Assembly (NCBI GenBank): GCA_951406725.2
Contig: OX597821.1
Span: forward strand, 104,470,001 to 104,534,000
Length of the DNA stretch: 64,000 bases
Direction: 5' to 3'
From: Octopus vulgaris
Taxonomy: Eukaryota
Shown: positions 26,550 through 38,829 of the stretch, piece after piece
Layout of the letters: each line of letters starts with the position of its first letter
How positions within the stretch are numbered: position 1 is the stretch's first letter
Program-made: the position numbers and the translations under genes
Notes under the pieces: model-generated
What the model was told of the DNA's origin: nothing
The model's database searches: none
What the model saw: the letters and a program-made list of their open reading frames with translations, nothing else

Positions 26550-27060
26550 GAATGTGCAATTCTGCTGCTGTGCATTGAAGAATTACGACTAGGGTCGTAA
26601 TGGTAAGTTTTAGTCGCTATTGGGGAGAATTTCATAAACAGGGCATATCATTGTCATGTTATGACAAATACATTTTTCTGTGAATGCGAACGGTAGGGTA
26701 GTCTAGTATATGCAGTTCACTAGGATTGTGTTGGTAATTATCAATTCCTGGGTTCTTAGCTGGAATTGTATGAAATGTCCTCCGAGCTTTGTTGGACATG
26801 TCGTTACCATTGTTCGGAACTATCCAGATGAATCTAAACACACCAATGAGTAATTCTGCCACTGACTTTTCAGGTGTGCATAGTTTGCGTAACCCATGGC
26901 AAGATATCATCATCTTTTCTTATTCGGGTGTAGTATTTCGTGCTGCCATCAATAAATGTAACTGTTTTGGAGTATTTGTGTGTCAGGGTACCCCTAGAGA
27001 TCATTCGGTTGGCACTCTAAAATCGCAGAAAGTGAGTAGATTACGGACACTATAGGAGCG
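26550..27060 (-). pseudogene. Possible piggyBac transposase relic
   Basis: MISRG (cf. MSRxRF), QLH(F)ID (cf. LHFxD, needs a frameshift), KSVAELLIGVFRF..DMSNKARR (cf. SIDExMIxFKGR..YMPNKPxK). Confidence 0.35.
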
Positions 27061-27306
27061 TGTTAGATTTTGTTGTAGTGTACTATTTCGAGATTCACTT
27101 TACAGCAATTCTATTTTGATCTTACAACCATTTTATTTGATAGTTGCCTTTATTATAATTTTAGAATTATATCTATAAAATTATAGATTTGTATTAATTT
27201 TTACCGTAATGGTTTTTACATGCTACCTGGTTGATAAAATCCTATGTAGATTTTGTCCTTGATTGCAATGTATATATATATATAAGTATTTTATATATAT
27301 TTATTG

Positions 27307-27354
<48 letters not shown>

Positions 27355-27362
27355 GTAAAAGA

Positions 27363-27415
<53 letters not shown>

Positions 27416-27426
27416 CTAACTGTTTC

Positions 27427-27796
27427 AGATAAGAGTAAATAATTTCTATAAAGGCTTTTCGAAAAAACCCAGGACTTATTTACTGGTAAGTCTAACTTCG
27501 TTCTATGTAAATATAGCCGATTACCGGCAGGAACTTCTGTAAAGTTCAGTATATATATTGTATATAAGAAAAAGGTGACAGGCAAAACAGGTTGCTTGAC
27601 CGCATACCGAAAAAATAGAAATAGCAGTCAAGAATGCTTATTTCTATCTGGAGAGTAGTTGGACTCCGTGGCATGACAGACCCTGTAATTCACATATGCC
27701 GGTAATCGGCTATATTTACATACCGAATTCTACCAGTAAATACATTGGGGTTTTAGATTAAAGTCAAGCCTTTATAGAAAGTATTTACTCTTATCT
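27427..27796. repeat. Inverted repeat (~100-bp arms, ~167-bp spacer) related to the PLE-like cassettes
   Basis: 27427-27529 versus 27697-27796, for example ATGTAAATATAGCCGATTACCGGCA / TGCCGGTAATCGGCTATATTTACAT. The spacer carries AGAAATAGCAGTCAA, shared with the 4535 cassette. Confidence 0.75.
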
Positions 27797-28212
27797 TTAT
27801 ATTACTATTTGGATTTTTCACTCCCTTTGAACAACCTAATCATGTGGTTAATTTCAAGAGTTTTAATTGCTGCATGGTGTCTCACATTCCAACTTTTACA
27901 CAAACGTATTTTCGTTTCTAATATAATCAAAGAAATACTTTTTGTTTTTTCTTTGGTATCTTGAAACTTTCTCGACTAAATTATTCGGAGTTTGAGTTGC
28001 CGCGAGGTAAATTTCAAGTGAGAAAAGAGAAGTTGCTGGAATCTTCACAAGAGATGCATAATTCAGGCACATTTGCATTTGAAACATTTTACATATTAAC
28101 TAATCATTAGTATTACTTGCAGCCATAGATTGGTTAAAATGCAGCAAGATGACAGTTATGAATAAGCATTTATGGACACGCGCACACATAAACACTCTCT
28201 CACACACACAAG

Positions 28213-28281
<69 letters not shown>

Positions 28282-29453
28282 TGCAAGCATACAAAATATA
28301 TGGACAAATTTTCATGAAAATTTACATATTAAGACACACCTGCGTGTTTGTTGTGATAAACGGACAGCTAAGTACATTCGTAAATTAAAGCGCATGCGTA
28401 ATTTTGATCATTTTCACACGCAACTGAATTCATCGTAAATAAGGTGTACACACTAACACATTTATTTAAAACAGTCATGTAATTATGTAAAAGTTGAAAT
28501 TTGTACATATATATATATGTGTGTGTGTGTGTGTATATGTGTGTGTGTGCGTGTGTGCGCGTGTGTGTGTGTGTGTGTGTGTGTGTTGAAATATGTTTTT
28601 ATACGAAGCTTAACTTGTGAGAAAACTGGGAATTAATGAATTGAGATATAGAAACACATTAAAGGAGGGACAAAGATAAGTGTCATATGACTACAGACAA
28701 AGCGAGTTTGAAATGCGGTAGGAAAAAAAGATCGGAGCAGAGAAGATTAGGAGGGAGAAGAAAGACGGAAAAGAAGAAAGAGTGTGTGTGATTATGGAAA
28801 TAGAAACCTCAGAAGGCAATGAAACAAAATTTATCAAAATATACATGACGCAATATGGTTGTGCGGCAAATGTACGAGAATAAAACTGCGTAGACCCTCA
28901 AGTCATTAGCTGAAAATAAAGCAGAATATATTATTTATAATTTAGCATGTTTAAACCAACATTATTTTATAGAATTAAAATATGTTTTACAGCTACTAAT
29001 TAGCATTTACAACAAAATAAATATTAAAAATTCTAACTTTGTTCACAGCAGCACACACATTTTCACACACACACACACACACACACATACCCACATAAAC
29101 ACACACACAAACACACACGTATGTCCTTCTATTAGTGTGTGTATCTATGTGTGTGCAATTTACACAATAGAGAGAATTATAATCCGAAGGTTTATGTTCT
29201 TCAGATTTTACTCTGTCGCCGAATGCTAATATATATCTCACTACAAGAACGTTCAATTCTGCTTGTGTCTGCCTACGGATTCTTGTGCGATTATACGCAG
29301 ATGTTTAAGAAATTTTGTTTGACCTTGCCGATCAGCAGATGTCTGATCACAAGGAGCTTCGAAGACACTGTGTAAACTAAAACTATGATTAAATATCAAA
29401 TATTCTAGAATATATGTGAGTGTTTATGTGCATATATATATATGTATGTATGC

Positions 29454-29542
<89 letters not shown>

Positions 29543-29544
<2 letters not shown>

Positions 29545-29904
29545 GTAAGTAGCTTGTTTACCAACCACATAGTTCCGGGTTTAGTCCCACTGCGTGGCAA
29601 CTTGGGCCAGTGTCTTCTACTATAGCCTCGGTTCGACGAAAGCCTTGTGAGTGGATTTGGTAGACGGAAGAAGGCCGTCGTATACATGTATATGTTTGTG
29701 TGTCTGTGTTTGTCCCCACAACATCGCTTGACAACCGATGCTGGTGTGTTTACGTCACCGTAAATTAGCGGTTCGGCAAAAGAGACCGGTAAAATAAGTA
29801 CTAGGCTTACAAAGAATAAGTCCTGGGGAAGAATTGCTCGACTACAGGCGGTGCTCCAGCATGGCCGCAGTCAAGTGACTGAAACAAGTAAAAGAGTAAT
29901 GAGT
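29543..29904 (+). mobile_element. CORE-type SINE
   Basis: B-box-like GGGTTTAGTCCC, CORE-like AACTTGGGCCAGTG, tail GAAACAAGTAAAAGAGT. Confidence 0.85.
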
Positions 29905-29917
29905 ATATTTATATAGT

Positions 29918-30254
29918 TGTAGGCGTGTCAATGTGGTTGGAGGATGGCTTCTTAACGACATAATCTCGGGTTTTGTCTCACTGCGTGATGCCTTGGACGA
30001 CTGTTTTCTGACATGACCTTCACTGACTACAACACTGTGACTGGATTAGGTTGTGAGAAAGTGGAAGTGCCTAAGTATGCTTATATGTATGTGTGTGTGC
30101 CTCTGTCTTCCCTTGTCTAGACCGTTCCTTCCCCTATGTTTCCGACAAAGAGCTCCGCTCGAAACGTTCCTTCTTTCCTGAGCGTCCAATAATACTATAT
30201 ATGTTCCACGTCCTCGCGTTGTTGTGTTTTTTTGTGCTTTCTTGTTTGGATTAA

Positions 30255-30301
<47 letters not shown>

Positions 30302-30478
30302 CAACCGATGCTGTGACAACCGTTATGTCCTATATATTATCTGTTCTGTAAAAGAGATCGATAAAAGATAAGTGCCGGCATTAGAAATTAATTTAGTACT
30401 GGGCTCCACTAAAAAATATTCAAGTCACTCCCGAAACATGGCTGTAGTCTAATGCCCGAGGCCAGCAAGAAACAAAAG
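29918..30478 (+). mobile_element. Old diverged CORE-type SINE containing an HHR-like cassette (~30110-30258)
   Basis: Degenerate head at 29918-30070 and tail at 30300-30478. The insert has CCGACAA-AGAGC(TCC)GCTC-GAAA-CG-TT at 30142-30168, followed by (TA)n. Confidence 0.6.
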
Positions 30479-30764
30479 CTACGTGCATTTATACGTCTAT
30501 GCACAGATAGGTGATTCTTTTATTCTTCTATTCTGTTACTTATTTCAGGTATTTGAATGTAGCCATGCTGGATCACCGGATTCAGTCGAGGGAATCCGAC
30601 CCAGAACTTATTCTTTGTAAGCTTAGTGCTAATTCTATAGGAATCTTTTTCTGAACCCCTAAGTTACAGGGACATGAACACACACACATCGGTTGTCTAG
30701 CGATGGTAATGGAGTCAAGCAGAGGCACAAAAATGCATACATATACAGACACACACGAGCATAA

Positions 30765-30799
<35 letters not shown>

Positions 30800-30829
30800 T
30801 GTATGTATGTATGTATGTATGTATGTATG

Positions 30830-30867
<38 letters not shown>

Positions 30868-31098
30868 CTACTAACAATATAGGATGAAGACCCTTTCTCT
30901 ACAGAAAAGGATTCCATCAAAAAGCGTGGCAGTATATTAAAAAACCTTTACGGTTGAAGTATAAACATCTTATAATTAAGGGCTAAAGAAGGTTATTCTA
31001 AAGCCAATACACTGATTTATCCACTTATAATCCACTTGTTACAGGAAAATTGAACTGAAAGCGGGCAACTAACCTTTAGAAAATTTAAATTTCGTTAT

Positions 31099-31159
31099 CT
31101 CTATATTGAATCAATTTCGGAATTAATCCCTATAAAGGATACATTCTTCTTCAGTAGAG
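31099..31159 (-). ncRNA. Type I hammerhead ribozyme
   Basis: CTCTA-CTGAAGA-AGAAT..ATCCTTTATAGGGAT..ATTCC-GAAA-TTGA(T)TCAA-TA-TAGAG. Confidence 0.8.
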
Positions 31160-31372
31160 CTTACGAGGTAATATAAATAAAATACTCACATGTGATCATG
31201 GAAAACGAAGAAGCTAAAAACACAACTACATTTAAGTACATCATTTATATCTAAAAATAAAAATTTTATTTTTATTTTTAGATATAAATGATGTACTTAA
31301 ATGTAGTTGTGTTTTTAGCTTCTGCTTTTTCCATAAACGCGTGTGAGTATTTTATTTATATTACCGCGTAAG

Positions 31373-31433
31373 CTCTACTGAAGAAGAATGTATCCTTTAT
31401 AGGGATTAATTCCGAAATTGATTTAATATAGAG
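31373..31433 (+). ncRNA. Type I hammerhead ribozyme
   Basis: CTCTA-CTGAAGA-AGAAT..ATTCC-GAAA-TTGA(T)TTAA-TA-TAGAG; mirror of 31099-31159. Confidence 0.8.
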
Positions 31434-31563
31434 ATAACGAAATTAAAATTTTCTAAAGGTTAGTTGCCAGCTTTCAGTTCAATTTTCCTGCAACAAGTGG
31501 ATTATAAGTGGATAAATCAGTGTATTGGCTTTAGAATAACCCTCTTTAGCCCTTAATTATAAG

Positions 31564-31607
<44 letters not shown>

Positions 31608-32630
31608 CATATATATATACATACATACATATATATATAAGGCTTTGGTCAGCCCGAGGCTATAGTAGAAGTCACTTGTCAAAAGTGCAAGGCAGTTGGA
31701 CTGAACGCGGAACCATGTGGTTGGGAAGCAAGCTCCTTACCATGGAGCCACTCCTGCGTATAATCTGTAATGCATTAAAAGTCAGATTGAATCTTGCTTG
31801 CTTGCAATGATACTGAGCCAAACCGGCGCATAATGGGTAGTCTCTGAAATTAATTTTATCTTGGATGGGAAGTAACTCTTACCTTTCGATTATGCAGTAA
31901 TTTGACAACGAAAAACTGTTTCTGTTTTCGCTTTTGTTAAACACAATATTTTAATCATTTAGAAATATTTTTTAGTAAATGAGATTTTAAAAATGTAAGT
32001 TCTTTGCACAATAAGTATTTATAATTTAGCTTTCTTTAAACAGGCAATATATTAATGGATTTTAAAGTTATTTTTAAGTGAATACCATTACAAATTCTTT
32101 TTTATGCATTAAAATTTCGTAAAAGACCCATTCATAACCACAGTGTGAAACAATTTTTTTCCATAAGTTTAATTCAAGTGCATTCAACACATCTCATTTC
32201 CAAAGATTCGTCTGCTATTTCTAGCACGCCTTGCTTCTAGCACTTAACAGCTATTTACGATAAAAGGCCTGAAACACCTGTTAAGAGGCAGCATATCGAG
32301 CAAGAAATAGCAGCCAAATCTTACTTTTTCTAGGGAAAGGAGCTGCTTATACTTGATTTCGATGTCACATTCGTTGAAAGCATGCAAAATAACCTGGGGA
32401 AAAAAGAAAAAAAAAACACAAAATAAATTTCCGTGGCTGGGAAACTCAGACTGTGTCGGTGAGCAAACGGGTCACGGGTAGTCTGGTAATTATTTATATA
32501 TCAGAAAATAAAATTTTGATTCTATACAGTCTGCGAGACTTAGGTCTGGAAAGTGAATAAATGTAAATATATCAAGCAATTCTCTTCATTCGCTTTATAA
32601 CAACAACAACGACGGCAACAATAATAATAC

Positions 32631-33196
32631 CATGTATATTGTTTTACCTTGATATAAATGATGGGCTACAGCAAATATTCTGCTATGCCCTGATGTAGTA
32701 CCAGGCAGTGGCTCTCGAGGCTTCTGAACTTAACTGATTGGAAGTGTTATCATGTATAATGTTTTGTCTTGGTATAAAAAATGGGCTACAGCAAATATTC
32801 TGCTCAATACCACAGATTTGCTTGTCAGTTGTTTGACCTTAACCAGTTGAGCATGTCCCTTAGTGACTGACGATATATGCGTCTCTGATCACGAGCAGAA
32901 GTAGTTGGGGAGCATCATAGCCATGTGTTGAGAGGGATTCTTTGGGGTTTGAATAATTAACCTCTGGAAACATGGGTGTTTCGATCAACATCCTTAAACA
33001 ACCCTTATTCAGGGACCTTTTGAGCGGGATTGGTTAATCGACCAGAAGAAAATTCTAACTGGGCCCCACCTGCAAGGTCATATGCTATTTATCTTCATAT
33101 GAGATCACCATGTCACACACATATGGTTATGATGCATGTGCCTGGTGTACCCTTATCAGGCGTGTAGTCATGATGGGTATACTGGGCTTCGTATAT
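32631..33196. mobile_element. Unclassified interspersed repeat (higher GC), with a 54-bp internal duplication
   Basis: GC-richer block between trinucleotide tracts. CATGTATA..GATGGGCTACAGCAAATATTCTGCT occurs at 32631 and 32751. I recall it as an abundant octopus repeat; unverified. Confidence 0.45.
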
Positions 33197-33197
33197 T

Positions 33198-33242
33198 TAG
33201 TAATAATAATAATGATAATAATAATAATAATAATAAACATAA

Positions 33243-33280
<38 letters not shown>

Positions 33281-33301
33281 TTAGTAGTAGTAGTAGTAGT
33301 G

Positions 33302-33340
<39 letters not shown>

Positions 33341-33368
33341 TTATTATTAGTAGTAGTGGTAGTAGTAA

Positions 33369-33433
<65 letters not shown>

Positions 33434-33464
33434 ATAATAATAATAATAATAATGATAATAATAA
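33198..33464. repeat. Compound (AAT)n-(AGT)n-(AAT)n microsatellite
   Basis: Directly visible. Confidence 0.95.
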
Positions 33465-33717
33465 AGGTTGTATTGGATTTTATTACTTGTGAATGTCTTG
33501 CATAGAACGAATACAGGCGCAGACACAAGTTTGTGCTTGAAACTGCATGAGTTCTATACTGGGTTATTGAATTATAACCGCTAGAAAAGTTTCACCCTTG
33601 CCTGCTGGCTGTCAGCAACTGATATATTCCATCCTATCGAGTGAATGTGCTGAGACTTTTCACGAAATAACAACACGAACAAGAACAGCAACAAAACAAC
33701 AACAACAACAATAATAA

Positions 33718-33935
33718 TAATGGTTTTCAGAATTTGGCACAAGGCGAGTGATTTCGTGGAAAGAGGATGAGTCGAATACGTTGACTCCAGTACTCAGCTG
33801 GTACTTATTTTATCGACCCAGAAATAACAAATGGCAATGTCGAACACGGCAGAATTTGAACTTCAAACGTAAACAGGAATGGAATGCCATTTTGCGCTTT
33901 GTCTGGTGTGTTAACGATTCTGCCAGCTCACCGTT
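33718..33935 (-). mobile_element. Diverged MetaSINE (tail B)
   Basis: CTGGTACTTATTTTATCGACCC..GGCAATGTCGA..AATTTGAACT..TTCTGCCAGCTCACCG on the plus strand. Confidence 0.7.
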
Positions 33936-33937
33936 TT

Positions 33938-34300
33938 AATGTTAATAATAATAATAATAATGATGTTGATAATAATGATGATGATGATGATAATAATAAT
34001 GATGATGATGATAATAATATTGATGGTGGTGGTGATGGTGGTGTTGATGGAGATGGTGGTGGTGGTAGTGGTGGTGGTGGTGATGGTGGTGATGATGGTG
34101 ATGATGGTGGTGGTGGTGGTGATGGTGGTGATGATGGTGATGATGGTGATGGTGGTGGTGATGATGGTGGTGGTGGTGATAGTGATGATGATGGTTGTGG
34201 TGGTGATGGTGATGGTGGTGGTGGTGGTGATGATGATGATGATGATAATGATGACGATGATGATGATGATGACGATGACGACGATGATGATGATGATGAT
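33938..34300. repeat. Cryptic trinucleotide tract AAT/GAT/GGT/GAC
   Basis: Directly visible; source of the N/D/G-rich ORF 33884-34375. Confidence 0.95.
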
Positions 34301-34747
34301 ATCTATATGATTCAGGAATTAACTCGTAGAATTCTTTCTAATACTGTAGAATATATGTTTTTTGTGTTGTGCTAAACTGTTACAGTTATGTCTGAGTAGA
34401 ATATTTGTGCATATATATATAAGCCTCTCTACACCAAACATTGTCTTCTATTCAACTTTCTCAACGATGTTTTAATTTTTTTTCTCTCGCCACTATCTTT
34501 CACTTTTTATTTAATTATTTCTTTATGATTTTTGTCTTGTGTTTCTTTTCCTGCATTCAAACTTATCCGTATCTATTTCATGATTTAAGATTTTTTCCTT
34601 TCTTTCTTTGGATTGTGTAGATTTTGCCTAATTAAACATGTAGAAAATTTTGTCATAATGTCGTATTTTCGATTTATTCCTCTCACTACCTTATTTATCT
34701 ATCTATTTATCTCTCTCAATCCCTCTCCCTCCCTCTCCCTCGCTCCT

Positions 34748-34795
<48 letters not shown>

Positions 34796-35169
34796 TATAT
34801 ATATATACATATATATATAATACAAACACATATGCATACATATACATATATATATATATATCTGTGTATGTATATATATATATGTGTGTATGTATGTATA
34901 TATACATATATATATATCTGTGTGTGTGTGAATATACATATACATATATATATGTGTGTGTATATATATAGACCTATGTGCATATATATATACATATATA
35001 TACATATATATGCACATACGCGCTCACACACATATGCAGATGGATGTGTGTGCGCGCGTTCGTGTGTTTGTGTGTGTGTGTTTGTATCAGTATTCGTGTG
35101 TGTGTAATTCATCTACAACAGTTATTTTGCCATAAAATTAAGCAGTTATGTGTCAATAAGAGAGACCAG

Positions 35170-35520
35170 TAAGTTCGGATATAATGGCCAACACTAATTC
35201 TATACTAATAGATTTTTAGATAAATATCCAATTAAATTTATTCTAGGCATATGAATTTATCATAAGTTAATTAGTCCTCATCAGTAAGGAAAACATAAGG
35301 AAATTACTAATTTCAACGTATTTAACTCTTGGGAAAACCTCAATAGAGCCAATTGTTTGTATGTTCTTCGTTTATATTCGTCCCCGCAATCTATCCAGTG
35401 GGATTTGTGTTCGACTATTTCGGCAACATTTGAGGATGCCCAAGCTGCTGTAAATAATGGACTTGTACATGATATATTCTTTAGCCAATTCATTCTCTCC
35501 ATTGTGGATTGTTAATTAAC
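35170..35520 (-). mobile_element. PLE 3' remnant: GIY-YIG C-terminus followed by a decayed HHR
   Basis: ORF 35281-35502 (ERMN..SNVAE..KRRT..LALL..ELN). Its stop codon lies within CTGATGA at 35278-35284, with CTATTAG-TA downstream; GAAA is degraded. Confidence 0.45.
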
Positions 35521-35737
35521 GTCTGGAACAATTTTAATTAGATAGTTAATTTTATATATATATTCGTTGAGATTGCGATGTTTTTCAATATACTCAGGAG
35601 CGTACTAGAATATACGTACTCACACAGCACACGCATACACACTCGCAGACACATTCACAGGCATATATATATATATAGATATATACACAGGCACACACAG
35701 ACTGAATCACAGAGATGCTCACAGATAAATATATATT

Positions 35738-36118
35738 AGCGCAGGAGTCGCTGCGTGGTAAGTAGCTTGCTTACCAACCACATGGTTCTGGGTTCAGTCC
35801 CACTGCGTGGCGCCTTCGGCAGCTGTTTCTACTCTAGCCCCGAGACAACCAAATCCTTGTGAGTGGATTTGGTAGATGGAAACTGAAAGAAGCCCGTCCT
35901 ATATATATCTATATATATGTGTGTGTGTGTGTGTGTGTGCTTGACAACTGATGTTGGTTTGTCTACGTCCTCGTAACTTAGCTGTTCGGCAAAAGAAACC
36001 GATGTAATAAGTACTAGGCTTACAAAGACTAAGTCCTGGGATTGATGTCTTCGACTAAAGGCGGTGCTCCAGCAATGCCACAGTCAAATGTCTGAAACAA
36101 GTAAAAGATTAAAAGAGT
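35738..36118 (+). mobile_element. CORE-type SINE, full length
   Basis: GCAGGAGTCGCTGCGTGG head, GGGTTCAGTCCC B box, tail GAAACAAGTAAAAG. Confidence 0.88.
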
Positions 36119-36169
36119 ATACACACTCACACACAGGCACACACAGCTGCTTTCTCGTATACGAGCAAA

Positions 36170-36375
36170 GACATTGCTAAATACAGTCGCTGAAATGAGT
36201 CATTTGAACCCGGTGAAAGGTTTGCCCACTCTAATGTATATTTCCCAACTGTGCTGGCTGGCATGAAGGAATAGGTGCCAAAGTATGAACTCTTTGGACA
36301 TCTCTTTTCAATCCTCCAACCGAAAAGCACACCTTTCCACATGTTCCACATGTTTTGTTATGAAAAACAACCAAA
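36170..36375 (-). mobile_element. Possible LINE ORF2 C-terminal zinc-finger remnant
   Basis: KTCGTCGKVCFSVGGLKRDVQRVH resembles the terminal CxxC..GLxxH finger of RTE-type LINEs. No clear exon boundaries. Confidence 0.35.
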
Positions 36376-36929
36376 TCACAATTTACCACGAGACTCACAC
36401 ACATATATACACATACAAGCACACACACACTCACGTCCATACAAACGCACAGATATACCGTGCGATGGGTAAATTGTCACCATTTTATATGCTTGATTTC
36501 GATCATGCGGATTGTTTTTGATTTTGTCGACTACATAGTGAAGTAGGGTTAGCTGGGTACCGTCTGTGAGAAGAACAGCACCATGACGTAATTCTCTCTG
36601 CCAGAAACTCGGAAACGATACGCTGTACACATTGGTATTCACGGCGGAAGCTCTAATACGAACATTTCAGGCCGGAAGCTGCAATACGAACATGACAGGC
36701 CGTTGGTATATATAGATTGTTAAACACATTCGTTATGCAAATTAGGCACTCCCTCAAAGAGTAACAGCTGCATTCATTGAGTATGTAAACATTGTGGCCG
36801 CTTGATTCTCCTGAGACTGTCAGAATAATGTAGACGCCTCTGATTAGAACCCAGTAAGGTTGTTCATAATTTTTTTCCAGTTTGCGAAGAAATGGCTAAA
36901 GTTTGCCCTGTTTATAATTATACCATATG

Positions 36930-36974
<45 letters not shown>

Positions 36975-37018
36975 CAGACATAGATAACTAGATTCATATA
37001 GATATAAGTATGAAATCC

Positions 37019-37054
<36 letters not shown>

Positions 37055-37184
37055 AAAAATTTTTTAAGAAATTAAAGAAATATATATATGTATATAATTA
37101 ATTAATTATTCGGTGATAATAAATTAAAGAAAATGCTCTGTATCCGGTGTGAAGTAAATATTATTTATTAATACATGTCTTTAA

Positions 37185-37239
37185 GTACTACTAATAGTTT
37201 CATATGTTGAGAAATATCTAAAACATACTCATCAAGCAC
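37185..37239 (-). ncRNA. Type I HHR motif (C3->U variant) in a cassette ending in (TA)n near 37050
   Basis: GTGC-TTGATGA-GTATGTT(13 nt)AACATAT-GAAA-CTA(T)TAG-TA-GTAC. Confidence 0.6.
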
Positions 37240-38784
37240 AAACCACATATCATGAATTAAAAGGTAGATAGATAGACACATAGACAGATGCCATCCCTCT
37301 TTCACACATTAATATTAAATGCTTTTTAATGTGCATAACGTGAATGATAACCACACTCGTTTAGATTATATTATTTCACAAATAGCTTTACTTCAGAAGA
37401 GATCTAATGCCGCAGTAGCATTATTTAGGAACTCACTTGCCACTGCGGATTTCAATCTCCCTATGAATTGAGAAATTTTGTACTTTTCCAAGCCACTTTA
37501 TAGGGAACGTCGTTCTTTTGTTGCCGTTATACCGATCATCAACAGGTTTCTCATATTTATGACTTAAAACGAAATATTCGCCTAATATATATACATGCAT
37601 TTGAGTCCAGACACGATGTAATCCATCAATTTTGTCATATTTTTCTCGGGACTTCATTATAGAATAAATTGCCTGTCTATTATGTGCTCGAACCTCCTGT
37701 TAACCGTGTGGCATATGTCGTAAAATGCATGATTGAGAATCATAAGGAGAAGGCATTCAAAATATGCAGAAAATTATCTGATTTAGGTATAATCGGATGA
37801 ATAAATTTGATTAGCATTCTCTGTCTGTCTGCCTGTCTGTCTGTCTGTCTCTGATTCTCTCTCCCCCTCGTCTTATATCTCACTTTTTCTCTAATACTAT
37901 CTTTCGCCTACTATGCATATGCATATGCTTGTATCCACGCATGTAATTAAACTAACAAAATACACTGATATATGTGTAAATAATTAATCATTTAATATAT
38001 AAATTTACTTATTTTTCCCGCAAAAAATATACTATGATGACTCAATATATTTCATCCCACATTTTCTGTCTAATCACTGACATAATTCTCATAATATTAC
38101 AAAGAGAAAATACAATAAAATCAGTCATTCAATAGAAACCAGATCAATTGTCAAGATGCATATAATAGTGCAGCTGAAGTGTAGGAACGACAAGTCTTCG
38201 TCACTGACGTGAGAACGGTTTTTACAATCACTAAATCAATTAATAATTCGCTAATGATCTAATTAATTGCTAATTAGGCTGGAATGAAATACACCCTCTG
38301 AATGTCAATAGGATCCTTCCAAATTACAACAGTATTTATTTCAACATAATTAATCAGTAGAAAGTAGGCGAATGGGCTAAAGGCAGGAGGAAAGAGAAAG
38401 TATGGAAATGAGCATAGAGCAAGCAAGAAGAGAAAACAAGATTAGTATAACAAATTAAATAATATGGAATGTAAGATGTTAGATTGCAAGCTTCACAAAA
38501 ATATACCGTTGAATTGGTAGTTTAAAGAGACTATAGTGTCAAACCTGAAAGTAAAATTGTGAAATGACGTGGAAATATAGAGAACAAAATTGTTGTCTCT
38601 ATACAAAGTATAAGACTGTGGAGTATATTTGCCATTTAAATGTGGCTAACCCTTCATGGTGGATGCTACTGTAGCCTGTAGCCCCAGGAGGACATCTCCT
38701 CCAGCTAGCTTTTAACAAACCGTCTGTGTCCTATCAGTATTTGCAAAGGGAAGCCATCATTCCCATCTCCAGCCTGACATGATA

Positions 38785-38829
38785 CACACGGTCTCGTGTT
38801 TCTAGGTATTGACCCGTCATCAGCGTGTG
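38785..38829 (-). ncRNA. Type I HHR motif (U16.1->A substitution) in a repeat at ~38620-38860
   Basis: CACACG-CTGATGA-CGGGT(CAAT)ACCTA-GAAA-CACGAG-AC-CGTGTG, with a perfect 6-bp stem I. Confidence 0.7.

Larger units (their letters stand above)
30967..31565. mobile_element. Near-perfect 600-bp palindrome (head-to-head PLE-like pseudo-LTRs), one HHR per arm
   Basis: Arms 30967-31263 and 31269-31565 are reverse complements with about a dozen substitutions and a ~5-nt loop. Confidence 0.9.
30517..31758 (-). mobile_element. CORE-type SINE split by a ~700-bp insertion in its microsatellite
   Basis: 3' half at 30517-30760 and head at 31638-31758 (GGCTTTGGTCAGCCCGAGG...GCCACTCCTGCG). Confidence 0.8.

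Noticed and set aside
33884-34375. 163-aa N/D/G-rich ORF resembling an acidic or glycine-rich protein
   Set aside because: Made entirely of a trinucleotide tract open in two frames; it starts inside a SINE.
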